Shown here in pieces: positions 20,943 to 29,152 of a stretch of 42,855 nt of DNA. This DNA comes from Phycisphaerae bacterium (GTDB taxonomy: Bacteria > Planctomycetota > Phycisphaerae > UBA1845 > Fen-1342), in NCBI GenBank assembly GCA_050115495.1, contig JASFQK010000048.1, positions 1-42,855 of the forward strand, read 5' to 3'. The position numbers and the translations under genes are program-made. Each line of letters opens with the position of its first letter. Position 1 is the stretch's first letter. Below the pieces are notes generated by a model. That model did no database searches. It was not told where the DNA came from and was given only the letters and a program-made list of their open reading frames with translations.

Positions 20943-21362
20943 CTATGATTGCTCGCCCGGTTTACTCCCGCTCCAGGTGTCCGCAGGTACGCTATGGGCG
21001 AGCTGGTACACCTGTACTGTGTTGCCGGTCGTGAAGACTCCCACCACGGTGCCGGTAGTCGGCTCGACTTCCGCGGTGGCCTCACGAACCTCCACGCCGG
21101 TGATCCGCTTGATCTCCTGCCGCAACGACTCGGAGGCGTTGGCGAACAACTGTCGGTGAAAGTCCTGTATCTGCGCGGCACCCTCGGGGCTTTTCGCCAC
21201 CGCCCGCTCGGCCTCCGACAAGGCCCCGTGCAGCGTGATCACCAGCGTGGTGTCGCTCAGCACCACGGTCACGGACTTGGGCGTGTTACCCGTCCGTTGC
21301 TGCTCGAAAAGACAGGCCGCCTGTGCAATCTGGCGCGCCATCTCTGAATTGGGCTTGTCCAT
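20943..21362 (-). CDS. DUF2294/MpsC-family protein, type B copy 1
   Basis: FEQQRTGNTPKSVTVVLSDTTLVITLHGALSEAE...EIKRITGVEV; AAGGAG RBS; paralog of 29153-29563. Confidence 0.85.
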   Translation of the reverse strand: MDKPNSEMARQIAQAACLFEQQRTGNTPKSVTVVLSDTTLVITLHGALSEAERAVAKSPEGAAQIQDFHRQLFANASESLRQEIKRITGVEVREATAEVEPTTGTVVGVFTTGNTVQVYQLAHSVPADTWSGSKPGEQS

Positions 21363-21403
21363 GGCGTTTCTCCTTGGACGCGGCGGCCGTCCACGACTGC
21401 CGC

Positions 21404-21555
21404 AAACAAAAAAGCCGACATGGTTAAAGATCCTCAGGGGCTCAACCACGTCGGCTTGCTGTTCAACGAGCCTCCCGGCCGGGCCGGGTTGCTCTTCGCT
21501 TGGCCATCCGACTCGAATCGTGATCGGAGCCGAATCCAACATCGCCCGCGGCTCC
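21404..21555 (-). ncRNA. Conserved structured 5' leader/attenuator, copy 1
   Basis: GGAGCC..GGCTCCGATC hairpin; TCGGATG; GAGC-AA-CCCGG-N5-CCGGG-AG-GCTC hairpin; TGA-7 nt-GCCGACGTGGTT...AACCATGTCGGC-T6 terminator. Confidence 0.85.
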
Positions 21556-21605
21556 GTACATCTTCTGCTGGCCGCATGAATGCCGACCAGCATCTACAGC
21601 GCAGG

Positions 21606-21929
21606 TTACGAGCGGATACGCTCCCTCGGAACAGAAGGCGTGACCGCCCGCTGGGCCACCTGGCCCAGTTCCGCCAACCCGTGTTTTCCTTCTTCCGCTC
21701 GGCGTCGTCCGTTTCCGTCCGTCAGCGGCAAGACGCCGGCCATCTCTCCGATCACATTGACCAGTTCACAGCCTGACGGCACGACGATTTTGGCATTGTG
21801 GCTCAGTGCATTCTCGAGAGCCTCCAGCTTCCTCAGAAGCTGCGCGTTCCCGACAATCCTGATGCCCGAGAAAAAGATCAGTACCGGAACGACAACTACG
21901 AAGATCACTGCATACACGATCGGATCCAT
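21606..21929 (-). pseudogene. SPFH/band-7 family gene with in-frame internal deletion
   Basis: N-terminal TM plus SGIRIV is fused directly to an SPFH-like C-terminus (GNAQLLRKLEALENAL..NAKIVVPSG.ELVNVIGEMAGVLPL); the band-7 core is absent. Confidence 0.6.
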
Positions 21930-21961
21930 AAGACGGTCCTTTCACATCAGTGTCGTGAAGT

Positions 21962-22228
21962 TCATGCGTGCGAGGCCGAGCGTCGGATGGCATGCCAGAC
22001 TACCAGGAATACCACCGCCCCGACCACCGCGACCAGGAGGCTCCAGAGATTGAAGCCCGTCGCGCCGTTCGCTCCGGCCGCGTTGAAGATCCAGCCGCCA
22101 ATCACCGCACCGACGATGCCGAGCAGAATGTCAAACGCGAGTCCCTCGCCGCGCTTGTTCACCAGCGTGCTGGCGATGTAGCCGGCGATAAGCCCCAACA
22201 CGATCCAGCCGATTACGCCCATGACCAT
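21962..22228 (-). CDS. GlsB/YeaQ/YmgE family (transglycosylase-associated) stress membrane protein
   Basis: IGWIVLGLIAGYIAS...DILLGIVGAVIGGWIF...SLLVAVVGAVVFL; GAGGAG RBS immediately after the leader terminator. Confidence 0.92.
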   Translation of the reverse strand: MVMGVIGWIVLGLIAGYIASTLVNKRGEGLAFDILLGIVGAVIGGWIFNAAGANGATGFNLWSLLVAVVGAVVFLVVWHAIRRSASHA

Positions 22229-22241
22229 GGCTTGACTCCTC

Positions 22242-22390
22242 AAAAAAAAAGCCGACGCAACAGAGCACCGTAGAGTGCTCGATCACGTCGGCATACTTTT
22301 CATCGGGCCGCCCGGAAAACCCGGAGTGCCCTTTATTCAGTCATCCGATTTACGTGCCGATCGGAGCCGCCTCGCAGTTCGGGTGGCTCC
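22242..22390 (-). ncRNA. Conserved structured 5' leader/attenuator, copy 2
   Basis: Same architecture: GGAGCC..GGCTCCGATC; TCGGATG; GGGC-AC-TCCGG-N5-CCGGG-CG-GCCC; TGA-7 nt-GCCGACG...CGTCGGC-T9. Confidence 0.85.
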
Positions 22391-22403
22391 ACTCAGCGAC
22401 CGG

Positions 22404-22431
22404 AGTATAACACGCCGGGGAAGGAAAGCAA
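22404..22431 (-). promoter_or_regulatory. Sigma70-like promoter for leader copy 2
   Basis: TTGCTT-16 nt-TATACT with a TG extended -10, just upstream of the leader's first hairpin. Confidence 0.6.
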
Positions 22432-22588
22432 CTGGATTCCCGGACCGGTCCTGATACGATGCCTCTCAGGCCACCCGGAAGGCAAGGCCGCCGGGTGCGT
22501 GCTCAGCGGGTCTGGCGGACCAGGAACCGCGTTTTCAGGCCAGAATCGCCGGTCGTCTGTCCGCCCCTTTTGCAGTTGGTGAGGCCTC

Positions 22589-22969
22589 ATGAAAACCCAA
22601 GGCGAAATCGAAGCCGCCATTTCCCAGGGGATCGGTCGCTTTGAACAGGAATTCATGGGCCGGGGCCCCAAGAACATTCAAACCCATCTGATCGGTGATC
22701 TGCTCGTGGTCCGCCTCCAGGGTGTATTGACCGCGGCCGAACAGCACCTGGTCAAGTCGCTTCCAGGTGAAAAGGGCCGGGACCTGCTCAAACAGGTCAG
22801 GACCCAGTTGATCGAAACGGCGCGGCCGATGATCGAGGCGATGGTCCAGGAGATCACCGGGGTCCGCGTAGCGAGCCTCCACCACGACGTCAGCACCGCC
22901 AGCGGCGAAGAGGTCGTGATCTTGAGCCTGACCGATTCGCCTCTTACACGCGCAACAAAGAGACAATAG
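22589..22969 (+). CDS. DUF2294/MpsC-family protein, type A copy 1
   Basis: MKTQGEIEAAIS...MGRGPKNI...LLVVRLQGVLTAAEQHL...SLHHDVSTASGEEVV. Confidence 0.92.
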   Translation: MKTQGEIEAAISQGIGRFEQEFMGRGPKNIQTHLIGDLLVVRLQGVLTAAEQHLVKSLPGEKGRDLLKQVRTQLIETARPMIEAMVQEITGVRVASLHHDVSTASGEEVVILSLTDSPLTRATKRQ

Positions 22970-23174
22970 CCTCCTCGACAGAGCGTGCGGATCGTGTCAG
23001 CCTCAGGACGTTCACAGGCAGCCATGACGCTGCACGACCTGCGCGGAAGTCGCGCTTGCGCAGGGCGCGCTGCCAGTGGAAGGATGACAGCATGAGCCAT
23101 CTCTTGTTACACACGACTTGGCCAGCCGATTCCCTTGATGAATCAGCGGCCGGGTCTACAGAAGGAGTCTGAAC

Positions 23175-23768
23175 ATGAAGCTGGTCATCAGGATGTTTCT
23201 CACCGGGCTGGCCGCCGTTCTGCCGGTCATGGTGACGCTGTATGTGCTGTATTGGCTGGGCAGCACGGCGGAGGCGTTTCTGGGCGGGGGACTGAAGATG
23301 CTGATCCCGGACAGCCTGTACTGGCCGGGGATGGGCGTCGCGGCCGGGCTGGCCTTGGTCTTCGTGATCGGCGCCCTGATGAAGGCATGGCTCTTTCGAA
23401 AGGTGTTTCGCTGGGGCGAGCGGCTGGTAGGGCGAATTCCCCTGGTGAAGGCGCTGTATGGGGCCGTGCGCGACCTGATGGGCTTCTTCTCGGGCTCCGA
23501 CACAAAGGCGATGCGCAGGGCCGTCATGGTGACCGTTGGCAACACTCCCCTACGCCTCATCGGCTTCATCACGCGCGAGGACTTCGGCGACCTGCCGGCC
23601 GGGATCGGCGGCGACGACACCGTGGCGGTCTATCTGCCCATGAGCTACCAGATTGGTGGTTTTACGGCGATGGTCCCGCGCTCGGCGATCCAACCTGTCG
23701 ACATGTCCATCGAGCAGGCGATGCGGTTCGCCGTCACTGCGGGGATGGGCGAGGTGAAGGAAGGATAG
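23175..23768 (+). CDS. DUF502 family membrane protein
   Basis: FLTGLAAVLPVMVT, RIPLVKALYGAVRDL, VAVYLPMS, MSIEQAMRFAVTAG; AAGGAG RBS. Confidence 0.9.
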   Translation: MKLVIRMFLTGLAAVLPVMVTLYVLYWLGSTAEAFLGGGLKMLIPDSLYWPGMGVAAGLALVFVIGALMKAWLFRKVFRWGERLVGRIPLVKALYGAVRDLMGFFSGSDTKAMRRAVMVTVGNTPLRLIGFITREDFGDLPAGIGGDDTVAVYLPMSYQIGGFTAMVPRSAIQPVDMSIEQAMRFAVTAGMGEVKEG

Positions 23769-23846
23769 GCAGGGCAGTATGCACGGTTCTACCGCGCTAC
23801 GGCGCGGGCCAAGGGTCACTTGCGGCCCGAGTCGTTCGTGTTCCTC

Positions 23847-24974
23847 TCAGGTTCCATGGGCCTCGCCCGGCCGGGTGTCGATTTCGCCCATCTTCTTGTG
23901 GATTCGTTCGATACCCACGCGGACCTTCTCAAGGAAGCGATCGATTTGCTGTTCCGCGCCCGGCGGCGGAACACTCCATTCCGCCAGCACGTCGGCGAGT
24001 TCGAGCACGAACTCTGCCAGCCAATCCTCCTCATGAAGCCGAACCTCCTCCAGCACTTGCAGGTACACCTTTTCGGCGCGGCGAAACTCCGCGCTTGTTT
24101 CCGGCACCGTACAGACGATGCGATGGAAGTCGTCTACCGCAGCGGCCAGCCGCTTCATCTTGGCCGCAACCGCGCGTTCGCGCTCGATCAGCCTGCGGGT
24201 CACCAGACCATCTTCGTGCCCCTCATTGGCACCGACGATGTCCCGGCGGATCTTCTCTAGCCCGGGCTCATCGAGCAAACGCGGGTGGGCTACATGGATG
24301 GCGGAAAGCCGGCGCAACAACTTGGCCGCAGCCTCCGCATCTCCGCGCCGTGCCGCTGCGAGGGCGTCCCGCGCCATCGTGCCGATCTGGCCGCGGAACT
24401 CCTCCAGTCGCGCTCGCAGCTTCTCGATTCGTTGTTCGTACCGCTCCAGGTCGGAGGCGGAGATGATCCTGCCAGTCTTCTCGCGCAGCGTCCGCATTTG
24501 CTCCAACGTGGCACGCGCTGCATCCTCGTCGCCGCCCTTTAGGGCTTCGCCAAGGTCCTCAACCAACTGGCGGTATGCCACCTGATCCGGGTCAGGTGGT
24601 GGCGGAGTAGGATCTGGCGGGACCCGCCGCGCTTCGGGTCGGTACTCCGGATCGGCGTCGGGACTCGTTCGCCAGCCGGGTTCGTCAGGCCGGGATGCCG
24701 AAGGGCGATATTTCGAGGGCGGCCTCGACGACGGCTGGGCTCGTTGTTCACTCTGCTGCTCGCGCTGAAGTTCGGCCCGGCGCCGCTCCAACTCGGCTTG
24801 GACCATGCTCAGCAACTGCGCATCAGCCCGTACATCCCGGTCCTGTAGCGCCCGCGCAGTAATCCGCTCCAGTGAAGACAGATCCCGGCATTCGCGCATG
24901 ATCAAGGACCGCCATTTTTGCAGGGCGGCGTCGCGTTGTTTCGCGGTCAGGTCCTCAGACATCGGGGCTTCCAT
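23847..24974 (-). CDS. Hypothetical alpha-helical/coiled-coil protein with Pro-rich linker
   Basis: Long ORF with coding-like composition directly downstream of enzyme I; start at 24974 or 24962. Confidence 0.75.
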   Translation of the reverse strand: MEAPMSEDLTAKQRDAALQKWRSLIMRECRDLSSLERITARALQDRDVRADAQLLSMVQAELERRRAELQREQQSEQRAQPSSRPPSKYRPSASRPDEPGWRTSPDADPEYRPEARRVPPDPTPPPPDPDQVAYRQLVEDLGEALKGGDEDAARATLEQMRTLREKTGRIISASDLERYEQRIEKLRARLEEFRGQIGTMARDALAAARRGDAEAAAKLLRRLSAIHVAHPRLLDEPGLEKIRRDIVGANEGHEDGLVTRRLIERERAVAAKMKRLAAAVDDFHRIVCTVPETSAEFRRAEKVYLQVLEEVRLHEEDWLAEFVLELADVLAEWSVPPPGAEQQIDRFLEKVRVGIERIHKKMGEIDTRPGEAHGT

Positions 24975-25011
24975 TCCAGTCGAGCCGCCGGCGCGGGCAC
25001 GGAAGTGACCC

Positions 25012-26724
25012 TCAACATCCGTCCGAAATACTGCCACAAAAAGGCGCCAGAAGCCGCCGCGCCTCGCCGGGCGTGCTGCAGCGTAGCGATTGGATCGCGA
25101 CTTCTTCCGTCTCGCGGGAGCTTATGCCGCGGAGCATCTTGCGGACGCCGTCGCCTCGAGTGGGGCTCATGCTCAATTCGCGCACGCCCAGGCCGACCAG
25201 CAGGCAGGCGAAAGCCGGGTCCGCAGCATCCTCGCCGCAGACGGAGACCGGGCGACCGCGCGCCTGGGCCGCGGCCACAATCTGCTTGATGGCCCTCAGC
25301 ACGGACGGATGATGGACCGTGTATTCGCTGGCCAGGTCGGGGGCATCCCGGTGGACGGCGAGCATGTAGTGGGTCAGGTCGTTTGTACCAATGGCCACGA
25401 AGTCGGCCAACTCGAGAATCTCCTCCAGCGCAAACAGCGCCGCCGGGGTCTCAACCATCGCGCCCACCTGCGGCCTCTGCTTGCCGCCCACCTGCGCGAC
25501 CGCGACGGTCAGTGCCTCGCAAGCACGCCTCAGGTCGTCGCCGCCGACCACCATGGGAAAGAGCACGCGGACGTCTCTGCCCTGGGCTGCGTGGGCGATG
25601 GCCTGCAACTGCGTGTCGAGGAGGTCTCGTTCAGTCAACGAGAACTGCAGGCCTCGGAGCCCCCAGGTGACGGCCTTCTTGTGTTCAGCCGCCAGGAACA
25701 AGGGGACTTTCTCGTCGCCGAAATCGAAGGTCCGGATGACCAATGGCCGGCCGTTCAGCGCATCGGCCACCTGCTCATAGATTTCCACCTGAGCCGCATA
25801 GCTCGGCCGTTGCGGCGCTTCGAGGAAAAGGAACTCCGTCCTGAACAATCCCACACCCTCGAAATGATGCACGCAAGCCTGTTTCACCTCTTCCGGTCGT
25901 TCGATATTCGCGAGCAGCGTAACCTTGATCCCGTCTCGCGTGACGCACGGCTGCGCCCCGAGGTCAGCCACGGTTGTCTGCACACGATCGTGCTGGTGTT
26001 TCCGCTCGCGGAAGTGCTGCATCTCCGCTTTCGTGGGAGCGAGGGTCACCTCACCCGAAACCCCATCGACGAGCAGGTGCATCCCGGGCCGGATGTGGGC
26101 GGTGACCTCTGAGATGCCCACCACCGCCGGAATCCCGAGAGAACGAGCGACGATCGCGGTATGGCTGGTGTCGCTTCCAAGCTCGGTGACGATTCCAGCC
26201 AGGCCGCTGTGCGCGAATTCCAGGGCTTCCGATGGGAGCAATTCACGTGCGGCGACGATGGAGCCGGGCGGCAAGGGCGCGGCAGCCCGGGACCGGTCCC
26301 CCGCGAGATGCCCAAGCATCCGCCGTCCCACGTCGCGGACGTCCTGCTCTCGCTCACGAAAATAGGCATTTTCGAGTCCGCCGAGTCGCTGGGCCAGCTC
26401 CTTAACTACCTCATCGACGGCCTGCTCGACGTTGACCTCTTCCCGCGAAACGTACTCTCGTACTCGAGATGCGATCTCCTGGACCAGCCGGGCGTGAAGC
26501 TGAGAGATGTCGGAGGCGTCGCGGGGGGCGGCCTCTCCCGCCCGCTCCAGTTCAGTGCGGGAGCGCTCGACCGCCTCCTCCAACCGCTTATGCTGGTCGT
26601 CGATCTCCGCTTGCGGGATCGCATACCGTGGGATTTCGAGCCTGGGGTGGACCTCGTAGTCGTAAACGACTGCGGTGCCCTCGACGTATCCGGGCGAAAC
26701 GGGTTTACCCTTGAGGACGGACAT
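25012..26724 (-). CDS. ptsI: Phosphoenolpyruvate-protein phosphotransferase (PTS enzyme I)
   Basis: Phospho-His motif TSHTAIVARSLGIP, GVGLFRTEFLF, AIGTNDLTHY, VSVCGE; no N-terminal GAF domain; GAGGTG RBS. Confidence 0.92.
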   Translation of the reverse strand: MSVLKGKPVSPGYVEGTAVVYDYEVHPRLEIPRYAIPQAEIDDQHKRLEEAVERSRTELERAGEAAPRDASDISQLHARLVQEIASRVREYVSREEVNVEQAVDEVVKELAQRLGGLENAYFREREQDVRDVGRRMLGHLAGDRSRAAAPLPPGSIVAARELLPSEALEFAHSGLAGIVTELGSDTSHTAIVARSLGIPAVVGISEVTAHIRPGMHLLVDGVSGEVTLAPTKAEMQHFRERKHQHDRVQTTVADLGAQPCVTRDGIKVTLLANIERPEEVKQACVHHFEGVGLFRTEFLFLEAPQRPSYAAQVEIYEQVADALNGRPLVIRTFDFGDEKVPLFLAAEHKKAVTWGLRGLQFSLTERDLLDTQLQAIAHAAQGRDVRVLFPMVVGGDDLRRACEALTVAVAQVGGKQRPQVGAMVETPAALFALEEILELADFVAIGTNDLTHYMLAVHRDAPDLASEYTVHHPSVLRAIKQIVAAAQARGRPVSVCGEDAADPAFACLLVGLGVRELSMSPTRGDGVRKMLRGISSRETEEVAIQSLRCSTPGEARRLLAPFCGSISDGC

Positions 26725-26840
26725 AGAGCACCTCGTCCAACGGTCATTGAAGACGCGCGGCAGCGCCAACTCAAGGGGGATGAAGTCGCTCCGCGTGCGC
26801 CAGACCTCCCGGCCGGGTGAGGCCTGTCAAGCCACAGAAG

Positions 26841-27671
26841 TCATCCCGCATCCGCATGGTACGCGGCAACGGCTGCCCCGACCTTCGCGATGAGATCGGC
26901 GTCCTTGTAGGGCTTTGCCAGAAACTCCACCGGCCCAATCCCGGCAAAGCGCTCCATGACGTGCTCTTCATTGTACCCGCTGAGAACGACGACCGACACC
27001 GCGGGCCGGATGCCCCGCATTTCTCGGTGCACCTCCTCCCCGCCCAGATCGGGCATTGTCAGGTCGAGCAGCACAGCGTCGATCTGTTCATGGTGTTCAC
27101 GGAACGTATCGAGCGCCGCGCGGCCACCATCGGCGGTCAGGACATCGAATCCGGCGCGCTCCAATATCTGCTGAGCCACCAAACGGACGAGATCTTCGTC
27201 GTCCACCACAAGCACCGTGCCGGTCCTGTACGGCATCGCCGACGTCGGCTCCTCGGCGATAAGGCGCACCAGAGGCTGCTTCGACGCCGGAAACAAGACC
27301 CGGAAACACGTTCCCTGTCCGGGCACGTTGCGCACTTGGAAAGCCCCGCGATGTCCGCGGACGATCCCCTGGGCCGCGGCCAGCCCCAAGCCCCGGCCGG
27401 TGAACTTCGTCGTAAAAAACGGGTCAAACATCTTCGCCTGGGTCTCGGTATCCATGCCGCAGCCGGTGTCCGCAACCTCGACGAACACGTAGAGCCCCTC
27501 GGGCACGTCTTCCTCGTGCGGCATCTCGGCCAGGAGAGCACTATCCGCGTCGATAACTCCGATGCGAACGGTCACCGAGCCCCCCGTGTCGCCGATCGCT
27601 TCCGCCGCATTCATGACCAGATTCATGACCAGTTGCCGGAGCTGGGTGGCGTGCGCTATTGCCATCTGCAT
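26841..27671 (-). pseudogene. 5'-truncated hybrid histidine kinase (HATPase_c + receiver only)
   Basis: N box QLVMNLVMNA, G1 DTGCGM, F box FDPFFTTK, G2 GRGLGL, then REC (VLVVDDE, LLDLTMP, FLAKP). No H-box/HisKA or sensor upstream. Confidence 0.8.
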
Positions 27672-27733
27672 TGCGAAGCGTTGAGGAGGCGGCGGACACG
27701 GAGAACACAGGCACGGCTGAGGTTGCGCAGGCC

Positions 27734-28120
27734 ATGATGACCGACGAGAAAGCCCAGTTACTCGCGCTGCCTGAGCATCGCGGAACGTGGTGTCGTGATG
27801 CCGAAGCACGCGATGCCAGCGGCAACGCGGTGACCTACGACGACGCTATGGCGGTTGCGTGGGATATCACCGGCGCGATCTGCCGACTGTTCGGTTGGCA
27901 GCGGGCGAGCGTGCTCTTCGGGCAGGTGAAACGGCACCTCATGGACAAGCGAAGGTCCGTTGGCTGGCCCCCGCGTGACACCGGCATGGAAGCGGTGATA
28001 ACGCTACAGGATTTCAACGACCGAGCCGACACCACGTTCGACCGGCTGCAAGAGCGCCTTGAGGCGATGCCAGTGTGGAGCAGCGGGAGTCGCACGAGTA
28101 AGTCAGCCGCGGAGGCATGA
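27734..28120 (+). CDS. Hypothetical protein
   Basis: 128-aa ORF with globular composition and GAGG upstream; no family recognised. Confidence 0.65.
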   Translation: MMTDEKAQLLALPEHRGTWCRDAEARDASGNAVTYDDAMAVAWDITGAICRLFGWQRASVLFGQVKRHLMDKRRSVGWPPRDTGMEAVITLQDFNDRADTTFDRLQERLEAMPVWSSGSRTSKSAAEA

Positions 28121-28213
28121 GCTGCCGGCCCGTGGTCACTGTGCGTGCCGGGACGAGCTTAGCTTCCTTGGATATCGACGTGTTGCGATCGAACCACCAC
28201 TAACGGAGTCAGA

Positions 28214-28450
28214 ATGGCGAAGACACGACCATTTGTTCAGAAGCGGCAGCGTGAAATAGACAAGGCAGCGAAGGCGGCGCAGAAACGGGAACGCCGCCAG
28301 AACGCACGGAGGACGGTGATTCACCGCCGACCGACGGTGGGAGTGGGCCGAAATCCAGAAGCAGCGGCGCCGACGAGTAGTACGATGCGCGCTTCCCCCA
28401 GTGGGCGCATTATTACTTGGACTTCTTGTCGCGGAAGACGGGCGAGGTAG
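28214..28450 (+). CDS. Small basic protein (KRQRE..K..K..KRERR type)
   Basis: GGAG RBS; Lys/Arg-rich helical N-terminus; 3' end overlaps the convergent gene. Confidence 0.55.
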   Translation: MAKTRPFVQKRQREIDKAAKAAQKRERRQNARRTVIHRRPTVGVGRNPEAAAPTSSTMRASPSGRIITWTSCRGRRAR

Positions 28451-28805
28451 CCAGGGTAAAGAGCACAACCTCTTCGCCGGTCTGGGTGCTGATGTCGTGG
28501 TGCAGGCTGACGATTTTCACGCCGGTAACCTCCTCGACCATCGTTTCCAGCACCGGCCGGGCGGTTTCGATGAGTTGCGTTCGCACCTGCTTGAGCAGCT
28601 CGCGTCCTTTCTCTGCCGGGAGTGATCCGACCAGTTGCTGCTCAGCCGCGGTCAGGACGCCGTGGAGCCGGACCACGAGCAAGTCGTCGATAAGGTGGGT
28701 GTGGATGTCCTTCGGGCCTCGGCCCATGTAGTCCTGCTCGAAGCGGCGGACGCCGTCGCAGATTCCGGCTTCGATTTCGCCCTGAGTTTTCACCGTCGCA
28801 TCCAT
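28413..28805 (-). CDS. DUF2294/MpsC-family protein, type A copy 2
   Basis: KTQGEIEAGIC...MGRGPKDI...SLHHDISTQTGEEVV; close paralog of 22589-22969. Confidence 0.92.
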   Translation of the reverse strand: MDATVKTQGEIEAGICDGVRRFEQDYMGRGPKDIHTHLIDDLLVVRLHGVLTAAEQQLVGSLPAEKGRELLKQVRTQLIETARPVLETMVEEVTGVKIVSLHHDISTQTGEEVVLFTLATSPVFRDKKSK

Positions 28806-28909
28806 CTATCCAAAAACGCCGGCCAAACGTCCCTGTGGGATACCGTGCGCATGTGCGCCTCATCATCCGCTGGCTGGCAGGCGGCCACGGCTCAACCGCG
28901 GAAACCCAC

Positions 28910-28937
28910 TTGCTATCCATGGCCTAGCCGGTATGAT
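28910..28937 (+). promoter_or_regulatory. Sigma70-like promoter for leader copy 3
   Basis: TTGCTA-16 nt-TATGAT; shares TTGCTwTCCwT with the promoter at 22404-22431. Confidence 0.6.
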
Positions 28938-28947
28938 AATTGGCATT

Positions 28948-29105
28948 GGAGCCAGCGCGAAGCCCGCGTCTGGATCCGATCGCGCTTGGACGCGAATACG
29001 TCGGATGGCGATTTGAAGGGCAGCCCGGCCGCCCCGGGAGGCCCGTTGACGAGTAAGCCGATGTGGTCGAGTACCTCTGTGTGCTCGGCCACATCGGCTT
29101 TTTTT
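28948..29105 (+). ncRNA. Conserved structured 5' leader/attenuator, copy 3
   Basis: GGAGCC..GGATCCGATC; TCGGATG; GGGC-AG-CCCGG-N5-CCGGG-AG-GCCC; TGA-7 nt-GCCGATGTGGTCGAGTAC...GTGCTCGGCCACATCGGC-T7. Confidence 0.85.
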
Positions 29106-29152
29106 GTGCCACCAACAACAAGGACGGCAGCGGCCGGCGAGGATGGATTCCA

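Noticed and set aside
21363..21593. N-terminal extensions of DUF2294-B ORFs (to 21593 and from 29063)
   Set aside because: The extensions run through the leader terminators; RBS position and paralog alignment place the starts at 21362 and 29153.
23135..24466. 443-aa plus-strand ORF
   Set aside because: Arg/Pro/Gly-rich off-frame overlap of the DUF502 gene and the convergent hypothetical gene.
29014..29046. UGA plus hairpin as a selenocysteine SECIS element
   Set aside because: The equivalent codon is TAA and CGA in the other two copies, which is incompatible with Sec insertion.
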